Assembly: GCA_000934665.2 (NCBI GenBank)
Contig: KZ538704.1
Span: 1-52,821, forward strand
Reading direction: 5' to 3'
DNA length: 52,821 bases
Source of the DNA: Catajapyx aquilonaris
Lineage: Eukaryota
This document shows positions 23,504 through 35,665 of the stretch, piece by piece. Numbering within the stretch: position 1 is the stretch's first letter; every line of letters starts with the position of its first letter. The translations under genes were made by a program, and so were the position numbers. The notes beneath the pieces are model-generated. The model was given only the letters and a program-made list of their open reading frames with translations, was not told the origin of the DNA and searched no databases.

Positions 23504-25613
23504 ATGCCGAAGGTGACTCGGGGCAGGCGGAGGGGAAGGAGCAGCAGCCGCGTCGGGAAAGGGTGAGCGGGAGGAGTCACAGAGATGGAGATACAATCTG
23601 TGGGGATAAGGAGGACCTGGTGGGAAAATGAAAGTGATTATTGTTTGACTGGCTGGTGTTTATTCCAGGACAGTGTCACTCGCACTGGAAAACAATGGGG
23701 AGCTGGAGGAAGAAGATGGGGATGGCGGCGAAGGGGAGACGTGGCCACTGGAGGAGGAAGCCTCACCCCACTCGCAGGATGCTTTTACAGAGTTCACGCT
23801 GCTTCGCGGGGTCAAAGGGGAGGCCATGGAGGATGAGGGGGATTGCACAGCTACGGGGAAGGCTTCATGCTTCGATGGCCACTCGCCACTCGTAGAAGTC
23901 AAGGAAGAACCAGAAGCGATGATTGCAACCGCATCTGAAGTGCCCACAGACGCTGATGACCCATTGACACTGAATTCTGAAGCCACCGCAGAGGTACACC
24001 TTTGCTACCATTTTTTGTATTAAAAAATACACAAGGCAAGCACTGTAATGAGATCCTCATTTTCTATCTCAAAATAATAACTCTCTGAGTGATAAAATGC
24101 TGCAGTGCTGACAAGGGTCAGAGGGGCCTTCACATTTTCAAAAAAACTGTGGCCGGGACATACAGATTGCTTGTGACTGGTTTTTTCTCTGAAGATTATC
24201 ACAACATAATTTTTCGCTTATGCTTTTGCAACATGTACATACGCCAGGAGGGACGGTGACAACTAGGTGGATTGATTATACCTGATAACTAGCGCCTTCC
24301 TACCGGTATGCCCCAATGTGAATGTTGGGATATTGGAGTAGGAAATCTGTTACGTTTTATCATACTCCAAGGTGTTCACTTAGACAGAGTGTTCTTGGGT
24401 TATCTTTAGTGCACCGTGAAGGAAGTTGAGGGAGGATGGCCCTGTGGGGTGTTGGGCAGTTCAAGGCCACTTGACTGCAATGTGACAGCAATGGGGAGCT
24501 TGGCACCGGTTGGGAGAATGGCAGCGGACAGGATGAACACAAAGGCATTCTTTGCCATGTATTACGGAGGGATCAGGTCTATCGTGGGATGGTGCATGGA
24601 GGTGGGCCTTCTGCCCAAGAGCTGCACATGTGAGCGTTGCGGAGAGGAAGCCCATGTGTACTACCACCCTGGTATGTCACTTGGCCATTCCTGTTTCACT
24701 GTCTTTGTGATTAATGTGTTCCTCTTTTCAAACCTAATTCAGATGGAGACGTTAAGTGGGTGTGCAATCAACAGCGGCTGCGGTGGTCCAAGTCAGTTTT
24801 CAAGTGCAGCATATTTAAAGACTGCCACATTGGTGCTCCCAATGTGCTTATTTTTATGCTGCACTTCTCAAGAGGACACACGGCCTATGACTTCCTGTCT
24901 TCTGAGTTGGGTGAAGGAGAGGCTGAAGCTTCTTCTAAAACAATTTCTAGATACTTATTACAGTTCCGAGAGATTTGTTTCACATGGTTGGAAGAAATGT
25001 ACAAGGAAGAAGGGAGAATTGCAGGGCCTGGTCATGTAGTAGAAATTTTCGAGACCAAAATTGGTTAGTGGTTGCTTGGTTCACTCTTTCGGATTTTTAA
25101 ATTGTGCGTCACATGCTAACATATCTTGGTTCTTTAGGTAAGCGCAAGTATCACAAAGGCAAGATTGCTGATGGTTGTTGGCTAGTGGTGATTGTCGAGA
25201 GAGGGGAAGCCCATGGGCCGGCAGGAGGAAGGTTCCGTATTTTCATTTGCCCTAACAAGAGGAGAAATGGACAAACCCTAGTTGACATCATAAAAACCAA
25301 TGTTGCGTCTGGAACCACTGTCGTCACTGATCTGTGGGGAGGCTGCGATGGTGCCAACGCAGAGAGATTTGATCGTCTCACTGAAGACCACTCCATGAAC
25401 ATTGTGGATCCAGTGACATGGACAAACAAACGAGCTAGGGAGTCGGAATGGCGACCGGTAAAGACTATAGTGGCGAGAGGTGGCCATGCGAAGACCTCCC
25501 TCTTCCTTCTCTTGGCGGAGCATCTCTGGAGGAACGAGATGAAGAGGACAGGCACTGACCCATTCATGGGGCTGGTGTCCATTTGTTCAAAAGTGTATAA
25601 AATTGCCCATTAA
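23504..25613 (+). CDS. G8: acidic leader + Merlin/ISXO2 (IS1595-like) transposase derivative; exons 23504-23562, 23669-23993, 24410-24671, 24743-25063, 25138-25613
   Basis: One open frame across phases 2,0,1,1. Motifs CTCERCG, IAGPGHVVEIFETKIGKRKYHKG, GTTVVTDLW, DHSMNIVDPVT, RESEWR match the Merlin pattern VEIDE..KRKYHRG / SDxW / NHS.NFVDP.T / IESxW, with first D changed to F. Start codon uncertain. Confidence 0.8.
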
Positions 25614-26179
25614 AGACCAAGTTCCATGGACACTGCACATAAAATTATTGGGTTCTTTTCCTGCAGAGGCTGTTATTGGGGATGTACGTGGTAAGTGATC
25701 AGGTAGGTTAGGTTAGGTTGCACAGGAACATTCATCTACCCAGTAATAGTGAAGGTATTCATTTCTGCCACACTCATCAGTACAGCCACAATCACGTATT
25801 TAAATTATTTGCTTGCCGGGTTCATCCATTGCAGTTGGCTGTTGTGCACACAAAGTTTTAGTAAGACAATTTATTTTAGTAGATGTACACGCACACACAT
25901 ACATGCACGCAGAACTAATAAGAGTGAGGAGAACCAGTTGCAGTTACTCTGTCAGGATATCACTCAGACAAGTAGTCATCATAAATGAATGCTTGTATAT
26001 CAGGATGCACGCAAGAGGTGAGGTCATACACATTGTACGCTGGTACATGTGATTGTATGCCATTTTGACTTGCAATGGTTGAAGAGAGTGCAGTAGTGTT
26101 CATGATAGAGAGTTGATGTTCATGCATCACGACGAAATGATTTTCTGGAATATGCGCCAAAGCACGCCTAACTAAAGGG

Positions 26180-26250
26180 ACAAGGAAGAAGAAGAAGAAA
26201 TGATTGCAACTGTATCTGAAAGTGTCCCCAGGTGCTGATGACCCATTAAC
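26180..26250 (+). pseudogene. Orphan fragment of a leader exon
   Basis: AAGGAAGAAGAA..ATGATTGCAACTGTATCTGAA..GCTGATGACCCATTAAC matches the EMIATASE..ADDPL end of leaders, frameshifted. Confidence 0.65.
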
Positions 26251-26308
26251 AATTAATTAATTATTATTGTGAAGTGACTGGTCTGTCGCTACTAAATTAT
26301 TTTATTTG

Positions 26309-26399
26309 GGCGGTAGCAGTTACCCCTCCCCGATAGCGCTTAACACCTTCCAGTCCATCGTCCAGCGATCGGAATGCACCCGAATCCAAGATGGCCGCC
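26309..26399 (+). promoter_or_regulatory. Cluster promoter, G9
   Basis: GATAGCGCTTAA 26332; GCGATCGGAATGCACCC 26365-26381; CAAGATGGCCGCC 26387-26399. Confidence 0.75.
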
Positions 26400-26639
26400 C
26401 CTTTCTTCTCTTCATTATAAATCGATCGTTTTCGAAGTGATTCCTCTTCGATTTTTGCTCCGTTTTCTTCCTCTTCTTGACCTGGTTTGTTCTCTGTCTC
26501 TGGCTGGAGTGACCGGAGGACGAGGAGCTGGAGCAAGGTGAGTGGATGGACGGAGAGGGAGGGAGACCGACGGTGGCAGGCATATGCCACTCTTATTGTG
26601 ATTATATCATCTGCCCTGCTTATTGTGTGTTCCAGGAAC

Positions 26640-28453
26640 ATGTCGTTTGTGCTGAAGATCAAGGAGGAGGAGGAACTGGAAGATGAGGACCACGACGACA
26701 CTGCGAGGAAGAGAGCCAAGGTGGAGGCCTCTTCAGGCTTCGATGGCGACGACTCACCTCCCGTTGACGATGATGACGGGCTTTGTGAGGTGAAGGAAGA
26801 ACCAGAAGAGATGATTGCAACCGCATCTGAAGTGCCCACAGACGCTGATGACCCATTGAATTCTGAGGCCACCCCAGAGGTACGCCTTTTGCCAACTTTT
26901 TTGCAACACCTACGCGAAGTGCGGAAAACTTACCAAGTGATCTGACGTCATCAGCAGGGTTTCCATGGAGACCCCCTCACAGAACAATACGAGTAAACAG
27001 TGTCAACAAAAAAGAAATCAGTGGAAGATACAATGACGTCAGATTTTCGTTAGGTTTTCCGCACTGTTGGCCAGGAGGGAAAAGGTGAAAACTAGATGCA
27101 TTGCTCATGCCAGTCAACCAATTGCGTTCCTACTGGTATATCCCAGTCTGAAGGTTGATCTGCACCCAAGAATTTATGCCCAACTGCACAAATAGAAAAT
27201 TTGTTATGTTGAATATAGAGGTGTGAACCTATAGACAGGGTGTTCTTGGATGATTTTCAGTGCTCAACGAAGGAGGTTGGGGAAGGCCAGCACTCTGTGG
27301 TGTTGGTCGATTTAAGGCCACTTCGCTGCGACGTGGGACAGGTGAGGAGAATGGCAGCGGACAGGATGAACACCAAGGAATTTTTTGCCATGTATTACGG
27401 AGGGATCAATTCTATTGTGGGATGGTGCATGGAGGTGGGCCTTGTCCCCAAGACTTGCAAATGCGACCGTTGCGGAGAGGCAGCCCATGTGTACTCTGAC
27501 CCTGGTTAGTCACTTGGTCATTCTTACATCGTTTTCATCATATGATTCATGTAATTCTATTTTAATCCTAATGTGTAGATGGAAGGGCTTATTGGAGGTG
27601 CAAGAAACAAGGGCTAGAGTGGTCCAAGACTGTATTCAAGGGCAGCATCTTTCAAAACTGCAATATTGGTGCTCCCAATGTGCTCATCTTTATGCTGCAC
27701 TTCTCAAGAGGACACACGGCCTATGACTTCCTTGCTTCTGAGCTGAGGGAAGGAGAGACTGGGGTTTCCGCTAATACCATTTGTCGATACTTACTACAGT
27801 TCAGAGAGTTATGTTTTGCTTGGTTGGAGGAAATTTACAAGGAGGAAGGGAAAATTGGAGGGTCCGGTCATGTAGTAGAAATTTTTGAGACCAAAATTGG
27901 TTAGTTGTTGCTTGGTTCACTCTTTCGGATGCTTTTATTTTTTACGTCGCATGCTAATGTAACTTTCTTTTTTTTAGGAAAGCTCAAGTATCACAAAGGC
28001 AAGATTGCTGATGGTCATTGTCTAGTGGTGATTGTCGAGAGAGGAGAAGCCCATGGACCGGCAGGAGGCAGGTTCCGTATTTTCATTTGCCCCAACAAGA
28101 GGAGAAATGGACAAACCCTAGTTGACATCATAAAGGCCAATGTTGCGTCTGGAACCACAGTCGTCACTGATCTGTGGGGAGGCTGTGATGGTGCCAACGA
28201 AGAGAGATTTGATCGTTTCACTGAAGGCCACTCCATGCACTTTGCGGATCCAGTGACATGGACAAACAAGCGAGCTAGGGAGTCGGAATGGCGACCGTTA
28301 AAGGCTATAGTGGCGAGAGGTGGCCATGCGAAGACCTCCCTCTTCCTTCTCTTGGCAGAGCACCTGTGGAGGAACGAGATGAAGAGGACAGGCACTGACC
28401 CATTCATGGGGCTGGTGTCAATTTGTTCAAAAGTGTATAAAATTGCCCATTAA
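26640..28453 (+). CDS. G9: acidic leader + Merlin/ISXO2 transposase derivative; exons 26640-26879, 27261-27504, 27579-27899, 27978-28453
   Basis: Same intron positions and phases as G8; VVEIFETKIG; open frame throughout. Confidence 0.85.
26918..27065. mobile_element. Short MITE in G9 intron
   Basis: AGTGCGGAAAAC..TCTGACGTCAT / ATGACGTCAGA..GTTTTCCGCACT inverted arms; absent from the homologous G10 intron. Confidence 0.6.
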
Positions 28454-28506
28454 AGAGAGCCTAACATTATATTAATTGCGTTAAGTTCCCCATTAAAGGT
28501 TCTCCA

Positions 28507-28599
28507 TAGCTGGCGGTAGCTGTTACCCCCCGATAGCGCTTGACACCTTCCAGTCCATCGTCCAGCGATCGGAATGCACCCGAATCCAAGATGGCCGCC
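28507..28599 (+). promoter_or_regulatory. Cluster promoter, G10
   Basis: Near-identical to G9 promoter; GCGATCGGAATGCACCC 28565-28581; CAAGATGGCCGCC 28587-28599. Confidence 0.75.
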
Positions 28600-28854
28600 C
28601 CTTTCTCCTCATTATAAATCGATTGAATTTGTTTTCGAAGTAATTCCTCTTCGATTTTCGCTCCGTTTCCTTCCTCTTCTTGCCCTGGTTTGTTCTCTGC
28701 CTCTGGCTGGAGTGACCGGAGGACAAAGAGTTGGAGCAAGGTGAGTGGGCCGTGGACGGAGAGGGAGGGAGGGGAGAGAGACCGACGGTGGCAGGCATAT
28801 GCCACTCTTATTGTGATTATATCATCTGCCCTGCTTATTGTGTGTTTCAGGAAC

Positions 28855-30948
28855 ATGTCGTTTGTGCTGAAGATCAAGGAGGAGGAGGAACTGGAAGAGG
28901 ACCACGACGACACTGCGAGGAAGAGAGCCAAGGTGGAGGCCTCTTCCCGCTTCGATGGCGACGACTCACCTCCCGTTGACAATGATGATGACGGGCTTTG
29001 TGAGGTGAAGGAAGAACCAGAAGAGATGATTGCAACAGCATCTGAAGTGCCCACTGACGCTGATGACCCATTGACACTGAATTCTGAAGCCGCCGCAGAG
29101 GTACGCCTTTTGCCAAACTTTTTTAAAAAAGATGCAGGCAAGCACCAGCTAATGAAATTCTTTATTTTATTTTTATTTTGTACTTGAATAACCTTAGAGT
29201 AGTAAAGTGTTGCTAATGCTGGTGAGGGTCAAGGTTAGAGGCCCATTGTAATATGTGACCTGGACATTCACATTGCTTGTCCTTGGTGTACCACGGGGAG
29301 TTTTTAAGCTATGAAGATTACCAAATCAAAAACAAAAAACCTTGTAGTTTTGCAATGCCTACATTGGCCAGGAGTAGGGAAGGTGAAAACTAGGTCCCAT
29401 GCCAGTCAACTGTCTCTCTCTCTCTCTGCCACTATATTTGACCATGACAGTTTTTAAAATTGCAATTAGGGGGGGTGGGGCCATACTTGTGAGCCTTATT
29501 TCCAGGCGAGTTATATTGAAGGCCAAAGTTGGTTAATGTGGCAGTACATACGGCCAGGGGTGGCTGGGGGGCAGTGGCTGTGTTTCAAAAACGGAGCAGG
29601 CAGCCTAGGAAAGCGGGCAGGAATAAAATTATTAACACGAATGTATTATACATTTAAAATTTAAACAAATAATTGTGATAATTGTGATTTCAAATTTATA
29701 ATCCACAGAGTTGCGGGAGAGCAGGCAGGCAGGCAAGCAACAAGATGGCAGGAAGAGAGGACACGGGAACTTCAGCCGACACAATCCCCACGGTACTGCC
29801 GCTGCCATCGGCCCCAACCACTACCAACCCACAGCACCCTGCTGTGGCCCGACCCGGCCTGGAGTTGAATAACAAGGAATTTTTTAACGTATACTATGCT
29901 GGGACTAAGGCAATGGTGGAGTGGTGCATGCAGTTGGGCCTTGTCACCAAGAGTTGCACATGTCCTCGCTGTGGACAGGCCGCCTACATGTATTATGGAC
30001 CTGGTTAGTCCATTGGTGTTTTGTAGCATTTACTTCATGGTTCATGCATTCCTTCATTTTCTCCCTAATGCAGATGGACTTGTTCAGTGGAGGTGCCACA
30101 AGCAAGGTTTCAAGTGGTCCCAGTCGGTGTTCAAAGACAGTGTGTTTGCAAACAGCAATGTTGGAATTTCCAATGTGATGCTTCTTATGCTGCACTTCTC
30201 AAGAGGCCACACGGCCTACAGCTTCCTGGCTTCGGAGCTGCGTGATGGACAGGTTCCAAGTGCTCACGACACCATTTCGCGTTACTTACAGCACTTCAGG
30301 GAGCTCTGTTTCATGTGGTTGGAAGAGATGTACCAGGAGGAAGGCAAAATTGGAGGATCTGGTCATGTAGTGGAAATTGTCGAGTCCAAAATTGGTTAGT
30401 TGTTGCTTGGTTCACTCTTTCAGATGCTTTTATTTTTTACGTCACATGCTAATGTAACTTTCTTTTTTTTAGGAAAGCTCAAGTATCACAAAGGCAAGAT
30501 TGCTGATGGTCACTGGCTAGTGGTGATTGTCGAGAGAGGAGAAGCCCATGGACCGGCAGGAGGCAGGTTCCGTATTTTCATTTGCCCCAACAAGAGGAGA
30601 AATGGAGAAACCCTCGTTGACATCATAAAAACCAATGTTGCGTCTGGAACCACAGTCGTCACTGATCTGTGGGGAGGCTGTGATGGTGCCAACGCAGAGA
30701 GATTTGATCGTCTCACTGTGAATCAATCCATGAACATTGCGGATCCAGTGACATGGACAAACAAGCGAGCGAGGGAGTCGAAATGGCTACCATTAACTGC
30801 CATAGTGGCAAAAGGTGGCCATACAAGGACCTCCCGCTTCCTTCTCTTGGCGGAGCATCTCTGGAGGAACGAGATGAAGAGGACAGGCACTGACCCATTC
30901 ATGGGGCTGGTGTCCATCTGTTCGAAACAATTTAAAACTGCCCATTAA
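28855..30948 (+). CDS. G10: acidic leader + Merlin/ISXO2 transposase derivative; exons 28855-29100, 29709-30003, 30074-30394, 30473-30948
   Basis: Open frame, phases 0,1,1; CTCPRCG; VVEIVESKIG (first catalytic D changed to V). Confidence 0.85.
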
Positions 30949-30963
30949 AGATAACGTTCTCCA

Positions 30964-31058
30964 TAGCTGGCGGTAGCAGTTACCCCCACTGATAGCGCTT
31001 GACACCTTCCAGTCCATCGTCCAGCCATCGGAATGCACCCGAATCCAAGATGGCCGCC
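30964..31058 (+). promoter_or_regulatory. Cluster promoter, G11
   Basis: Near-identical to G9/G10 promoters; GCCATCGGAATGCACCC 31024-31040; CAAGATGGCCGCC 31046-31058. Confidence 0.75.
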
Positions 31059-31298
31059 CCTTCTCGTTAGAAGTGTTTGTGAAGTAATATTCCTCTTCGA
31101 TTTTTGCTCCGTTGTCTTCCTCCTCTTGCTCGGGACTGGTTTGTTCTCTGCCTCTGGCTGGAGTGGACGGAGGACGAGGAGTTGGAGCAGGGTGAGTGGA
31201 CAGGGAGGGAGGGAGGGGAGAGAGACCGACGGTGGCAGGCATATGCCACTCTTATTGTGATTATATCATCTGCCCTGCTCATTGTGTGTTCCAGGAGC

Positions 31299-31676
31299 AT
31301 GTCGTTTGTGCTGAAGATCAAGGAGGAGGAGGAACTGGAAGAGGAAGATGGCGAAGGGGAGGCAGGGAGGATCCCACCGAAGGAGGAGGTCTCATCGCGC
31401 ACACCAGACGACACAGGATTTGCACAAGTCAGCATGCTTCATCAGGTCAAAGGGGAAGTGGAAGAGGAAGAAGATGACCACGACGACGACACTACGAGGA
31501 AGAGAGCCAAGGTGGAGGCCTCTTCATGCTTCGATGGCGACTCACCACCCGTTGACGATGGTGACAGGCTTTGTGAGGTGAAGGAAGAACCAGAAGAGAT
31601 GATTGCCACCGCATCTGAAGTGCCCACAGACGCTGCTGATGACCCATTGACACTGAATTCTGAAGCCACCGCAGAG
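31299..31676 (+). CDS. G11 leader exon (126 codons); downstream partner uncertain
   Basis: MSFVLKIKEEE..AADDPLTLNSEATAE|gtacgc, intact, phase-0 donor; homology to G8-G10 introns stops about 31720. Confidence 0.75.
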
Positions 31677-31825
31677 GTACGCCTTTTGCCAACTTTTTTT
31701 TTAAGCATACACAAGGCTCCCTCGACTTCTTTCTTCCCACACTAAAGATCAGCCAAGAACACCCCGTCTATGTGAACACTTCCATATGGTGCATGCCTAT
31801 TGTGTATGCACACCTTGTGTATGAC

Positions 31826-32190
31826 ACACGAACGTTCAGTGGACGTTCGTGAATGTGCAGGGAATGTGATGTATGTTCTGTACATTCAGTGAACGTTCAG
31901 TGAATGTTCCCCATGAACACACCAACATGATGCGAACTTTCGCGAATGTGCAGGGAATGTGCCGTATGTTCTGTACATTCAGTGCATGTTTGGAGCTGGA
32001 CATCTGTGGAATGCTCTATTTGAATGTTCCCTGAATGTTCAGTGAATGTTTGTAGCTGGACATATACTTGGAAAACTCTTGTTGAATGTTCCGTGAATGT
32101 TCCGTGAACGTTCGTAGCTGGAGATAATTTTGTGCAATGCTTAATTTGAGTTTATACCGTGAATGTTCAGTGAATGTTCCGTTTGGAACA
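31826..32190. repeat. Array of GAATGTTC/GAACGTTC(A/C)GT repeats, probable subterminal region of a DNA transposon (EnSpm/CACTA-like)
   Basis: More than ten copies of TGAATGTTC-like units plus a ~45-bp duplication (GAATGTGCAGGGAATGTG..GTATGTTCTGTACATTCAGTG); lies just upstream of the DUF4806 gene. Superfamily is inferred; no second end seen. Confidence 0.55.
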
Positions 32191-33050
32191 TATTCGAAAG
32201 TGTACCGCGAGTAGAGCCGACAGATGGCGGCACCTGGGAAATCACGTGGATAACATCCAAGTGGTTCTTAATGATTGCTGGAAATAACATGGTAGCATTC
32301 CCATTAATTCATTCAATGCAAGACTAAAGTGAGTACAGGTTTTTACATACTAAAGAAGCGGATATAAGGCTGTCCTTCGACAGGCAATTGGACGACTTAA
32401 TGGCCACATTGCCCATTTTCACATGTGCATGCCCCAAAGAGTTCTGCTATAATATGTCATCAGTAGAGAAACTACTCGGGGTCAAATGTGGGGCAGCCTA
32501 ACATGCACTTGACATTATCTGGACTAATTGTTATGCCAGTTGTGAGACAACTGTCAGAACATAATATTACCCTAGAGGCCCAGATGCCTCAGCCTGCCTA
32601 ATCGGAAAGGATAGGGAGTAGGTCCTCTAGGTATATTATGAAGGGTGATCTGCCTCGGGTTTCATTTTCCTGGTGTTTTTGAGTTCAGCACGACATTCTG
32701 CACAGAATGGTACTAGTTTCACTTGCTGGATGGAAGTGGAAGCGTTGTTTTGGGACTGCTTTAGGGTCATTCTGCTTAGGTTAGGTTCGTTCTGTTTAGG
32801 TTATATATGTGCAGATGGAACAAATAAAGCTCTCTCCTGAAAAGTTCCTATATTGAGGCTTGAGATGTAGCAGGTCACCCTTCATATAATTATTATAGCA
32901 GATCTCTTTGGACTTCATATATGAGACTATCATTGCAAAGTGGAAAATAAATGCGCACTTAAGAGACAGTGAATAACAATTAGGATGATGAAGCGAATGA
33001 CTATGAACAATGCAAACTGATGTAAATTTTTCCTTACATTTCAGATTAAG

Positions 33051-34725
33051 ATGTTCTACATTGTGAATTTTGAAGAGGGCAACACAATTGCTCTAGTTCA
33101 TGAAAGTTGGTATAACAATGAAAAGTGTGCATGGCCTGCGGGAACGATTACCAGCAAAGCACTGGCTCAGATCACAAAAGCCGGCAAGCAACCACAACCA
33201 GATTGGCCTTGGCATAAGGCACGCCTATTGGGAGCGGCATGTGAGAAATAATTCATATATGTTATATATAGTTACATATTTAATGGAAATAATCATATGG
33301 TTATTTTAAATATTTAACAATAATTGTGATAAATACTATTAACAGACTCTTTTATTCATGAAGCTACATATGAGGAAGGGGCCAGGAAACTGAAAATTGC
33401 TGAAGAGAACCCCGAGCTGAGCAACCTTTCCCAATCTGCAGACCAACAGGCACAACAAAAAAGGAAGCGCAGACAAAAGCAAATGTGGAGGCCAACACCT
33501 GCTTGCTCTGGCTGTTCCAGCGATGACACTACTGACGACAATCCTGATTTATTAAGATCAGTGGCAAACAAGGTGGCAAAACTGGTACACCCTTCATCTG
33601 CACCCTCCAGATTAGTACAAAGGTACATAACAGGCATGTTGTACAGTATTGGTTCGTGGCCACTATAACAGAATAGTGGTATGCCTGATGCAGAAATTTG
33701 TAAATATTCGTATATGCATATAAATTATTTCAATAGTACGTGTTTCATTACAGGAGATCTGAAAATGACAGTGGTGATTTACATGGTTTGCCATCCACAA
33801 ATTGCAATATTTCACCTGGACTCTTTGAAGACCTGAAAACATTTATGATCGAGAGCAAAGGTACATGTAAATGAATTTACCTTAGCTTTGAATGCTGAAT
33901 GTACGATTTAAATTACTTCATCAGCAACTCAAGCCAGGACTCTCATGGCTGTATCAAAACTACAACATGATACTAATGCACTAAGGACGCAGCTCAATGA
34001 CATACATGCCAGAGTAATGGGAGAAAGCCATGCATCGGGGCAGGCAAAACACCTAGAGGACATGAATGTTGTCCCATTCATCCTCCCTGCAACAACCACT
34101 GCTGAATTTGAGACGATTGAAACCCATCTAAAAGATGATCACGCACTGGAAAAACTGGTTAAGTGTCATAGTAATTAATATTTGGATTTTTCAAGTGTTG
34201 TATGATTATGATGTAGCGCAAGAGAGCGTGCTGTAGCAGTTCCGTTTGTATTATTACTTGAAGATTTTCTTATAGGTACACCTCCTCAGTAAATTAGGAG
34301 GCGGCAGCATGAAAGAGGTGACAAGGAAGATAATGAGGACAACAATGACCAATGATTTGGCACAGGCTTTTAGCGTGACTGGAAGGACAGGGAAAAAGGC
34401 ATTCAACGGCACGAAGGTGTATGCAGCTGTAATAAGTAAGTAATGCGGTCAAAATTAATGTAAAATGCGTCTTGGACGAAACATTTTCTTATGTACAACA
34501 TATAGGATCAGTCCGAAACCATTACAATAAGGATGACAACTTGGTAACCAATAGTCACATTGACAAAGCTATATGTGACTGGCTGAGGTCATCAAAGGAG
34601 AGACTCCGTCTGGAGGGCAAGAGGTTTGTCTGCCATGACAGTATATAAAATATATAATTATGTATCTCTATATGACACCATTTTCTTATTCCTCAAGGAT
34701 GGAGAAAGCTCATCTAAGGGAATGA
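33051..34725 (+). CDS. Intact 7-exon DUF4806-type gene, probably the accessory gene of a DNA transposon; exons 33051-33240, 33364-33622, 33754-33860, 33925-34157, 34276-34435, 34506-34623, 34698-34725
   Basis: Six short AT-rich GT-AG introns with consistent phases. N-terminus FYIVNFEE..VHESW..CAWP..PQPDW; C-terminus LPATTTAEFETIE..LSKLGG..TRKIMRTTMTNDLAQAFSVTGRTGKKAF..ICDWLRSSKER. A likely own 5' exon ends at donor 32328. Confidence 0.75.
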
Positions 34726-35116
34726 GGAACAGGACATACAGTAGTAGGACCAAGCACTGACAATGGTCCTTTGTTGCACCCTTCATTCACCGGTGACTGC
34801 GGACTGCAGTGAACTCTTGTGCTCAGCAATGACAATGTGTGTACATCTGATACATATTTCAAGACCTATGTCTGTCTGTCTGTCCGCTATGCAAATCCGT
34901 ACGGAGGCCCCGACATACTCCCGAGGGGATTGATTAGGGGTAGTTTTTTACCAGGAGTAACATAAGCACATTGGAATTGTCCTCCGAGGTCTTCCTTGGC
35001 CACAGGAGGCGAAAAGGACTTTGGAACACTCTTCTAACAATGAGCAATTGGCAGTAAACATCACCTGTCTTGGGTTACCGCGGCAACCTCTGCATGCCCA
35101 AGTCCCTGAATCGCCC

Positions 35117-35129
35117 NNNNNNNNNNNNN
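35117..35129. other. Assembly gap (13 N)
   Basis: Run of N in the sequence. Confidence 1.
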
Positions 35130-35665
35130 CCCCCCCCTCCTGTCCCATGCACCCACCCTCCCACTCCCCCCCACCATTTCCGTTCCGTAATAATCAGCAT
35201 TTAACTTTCAATATTTCATTACATTACAAACACAACAAAAAAAACACGTTCCCACGGCAACGACGTTCCATCGCGGTCAGCAAGCAGTTCCTACAGCGGC
35301 GCATTAGCGAAAAAAATACGGTAACAATGAAGCCCTGGCCCACGACTTAAACAAACTCGCTTATGCATGGGCAGTATATGGGGATTCGACATGTCTACGC
35401 TTCTGCGGCCGTAGTACGGCGCAAAAATGGTGAAATGGACACAGATATTACACCAAAAAATAGGACATGATCTGGCGCAGGGCACCTTCGTCGTCATTTT
35501 GCCATTTTCAGCCTAGAAGTGACCTTTTCGTCGAGTTCAAGTGAAAGGAAAATGGCATTCCCCAAAAGCCCATTTGAAGAACATGGCGGCAGGAAACGCG
35601 ACAAAGTCGGGAACGCTTCTTCGCCCGTATGTCCACAATTTTAATCCAATCATATCGAGTTTGGT

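Noticed and set aside
26297..29141. Long Ser-rich antisense ORFs (26297-26872, 28467-29141 and similar)
   Set aside because: Shadows of Glu-rich GAG/GAA leader exons.
24410..30948. Bacterial IS1595/ISXO2 insertion or contamination
   Set aside because: Spliceosomal introns, no IS ends, embedded in a eukaryotic cluster; eukaryotic Merlin explains the similarity.
31826..32190. CRISPR-like array
   Set aside because: Short degenerate repeats with irregular spacing and no unique spacers; eukaryotic context.
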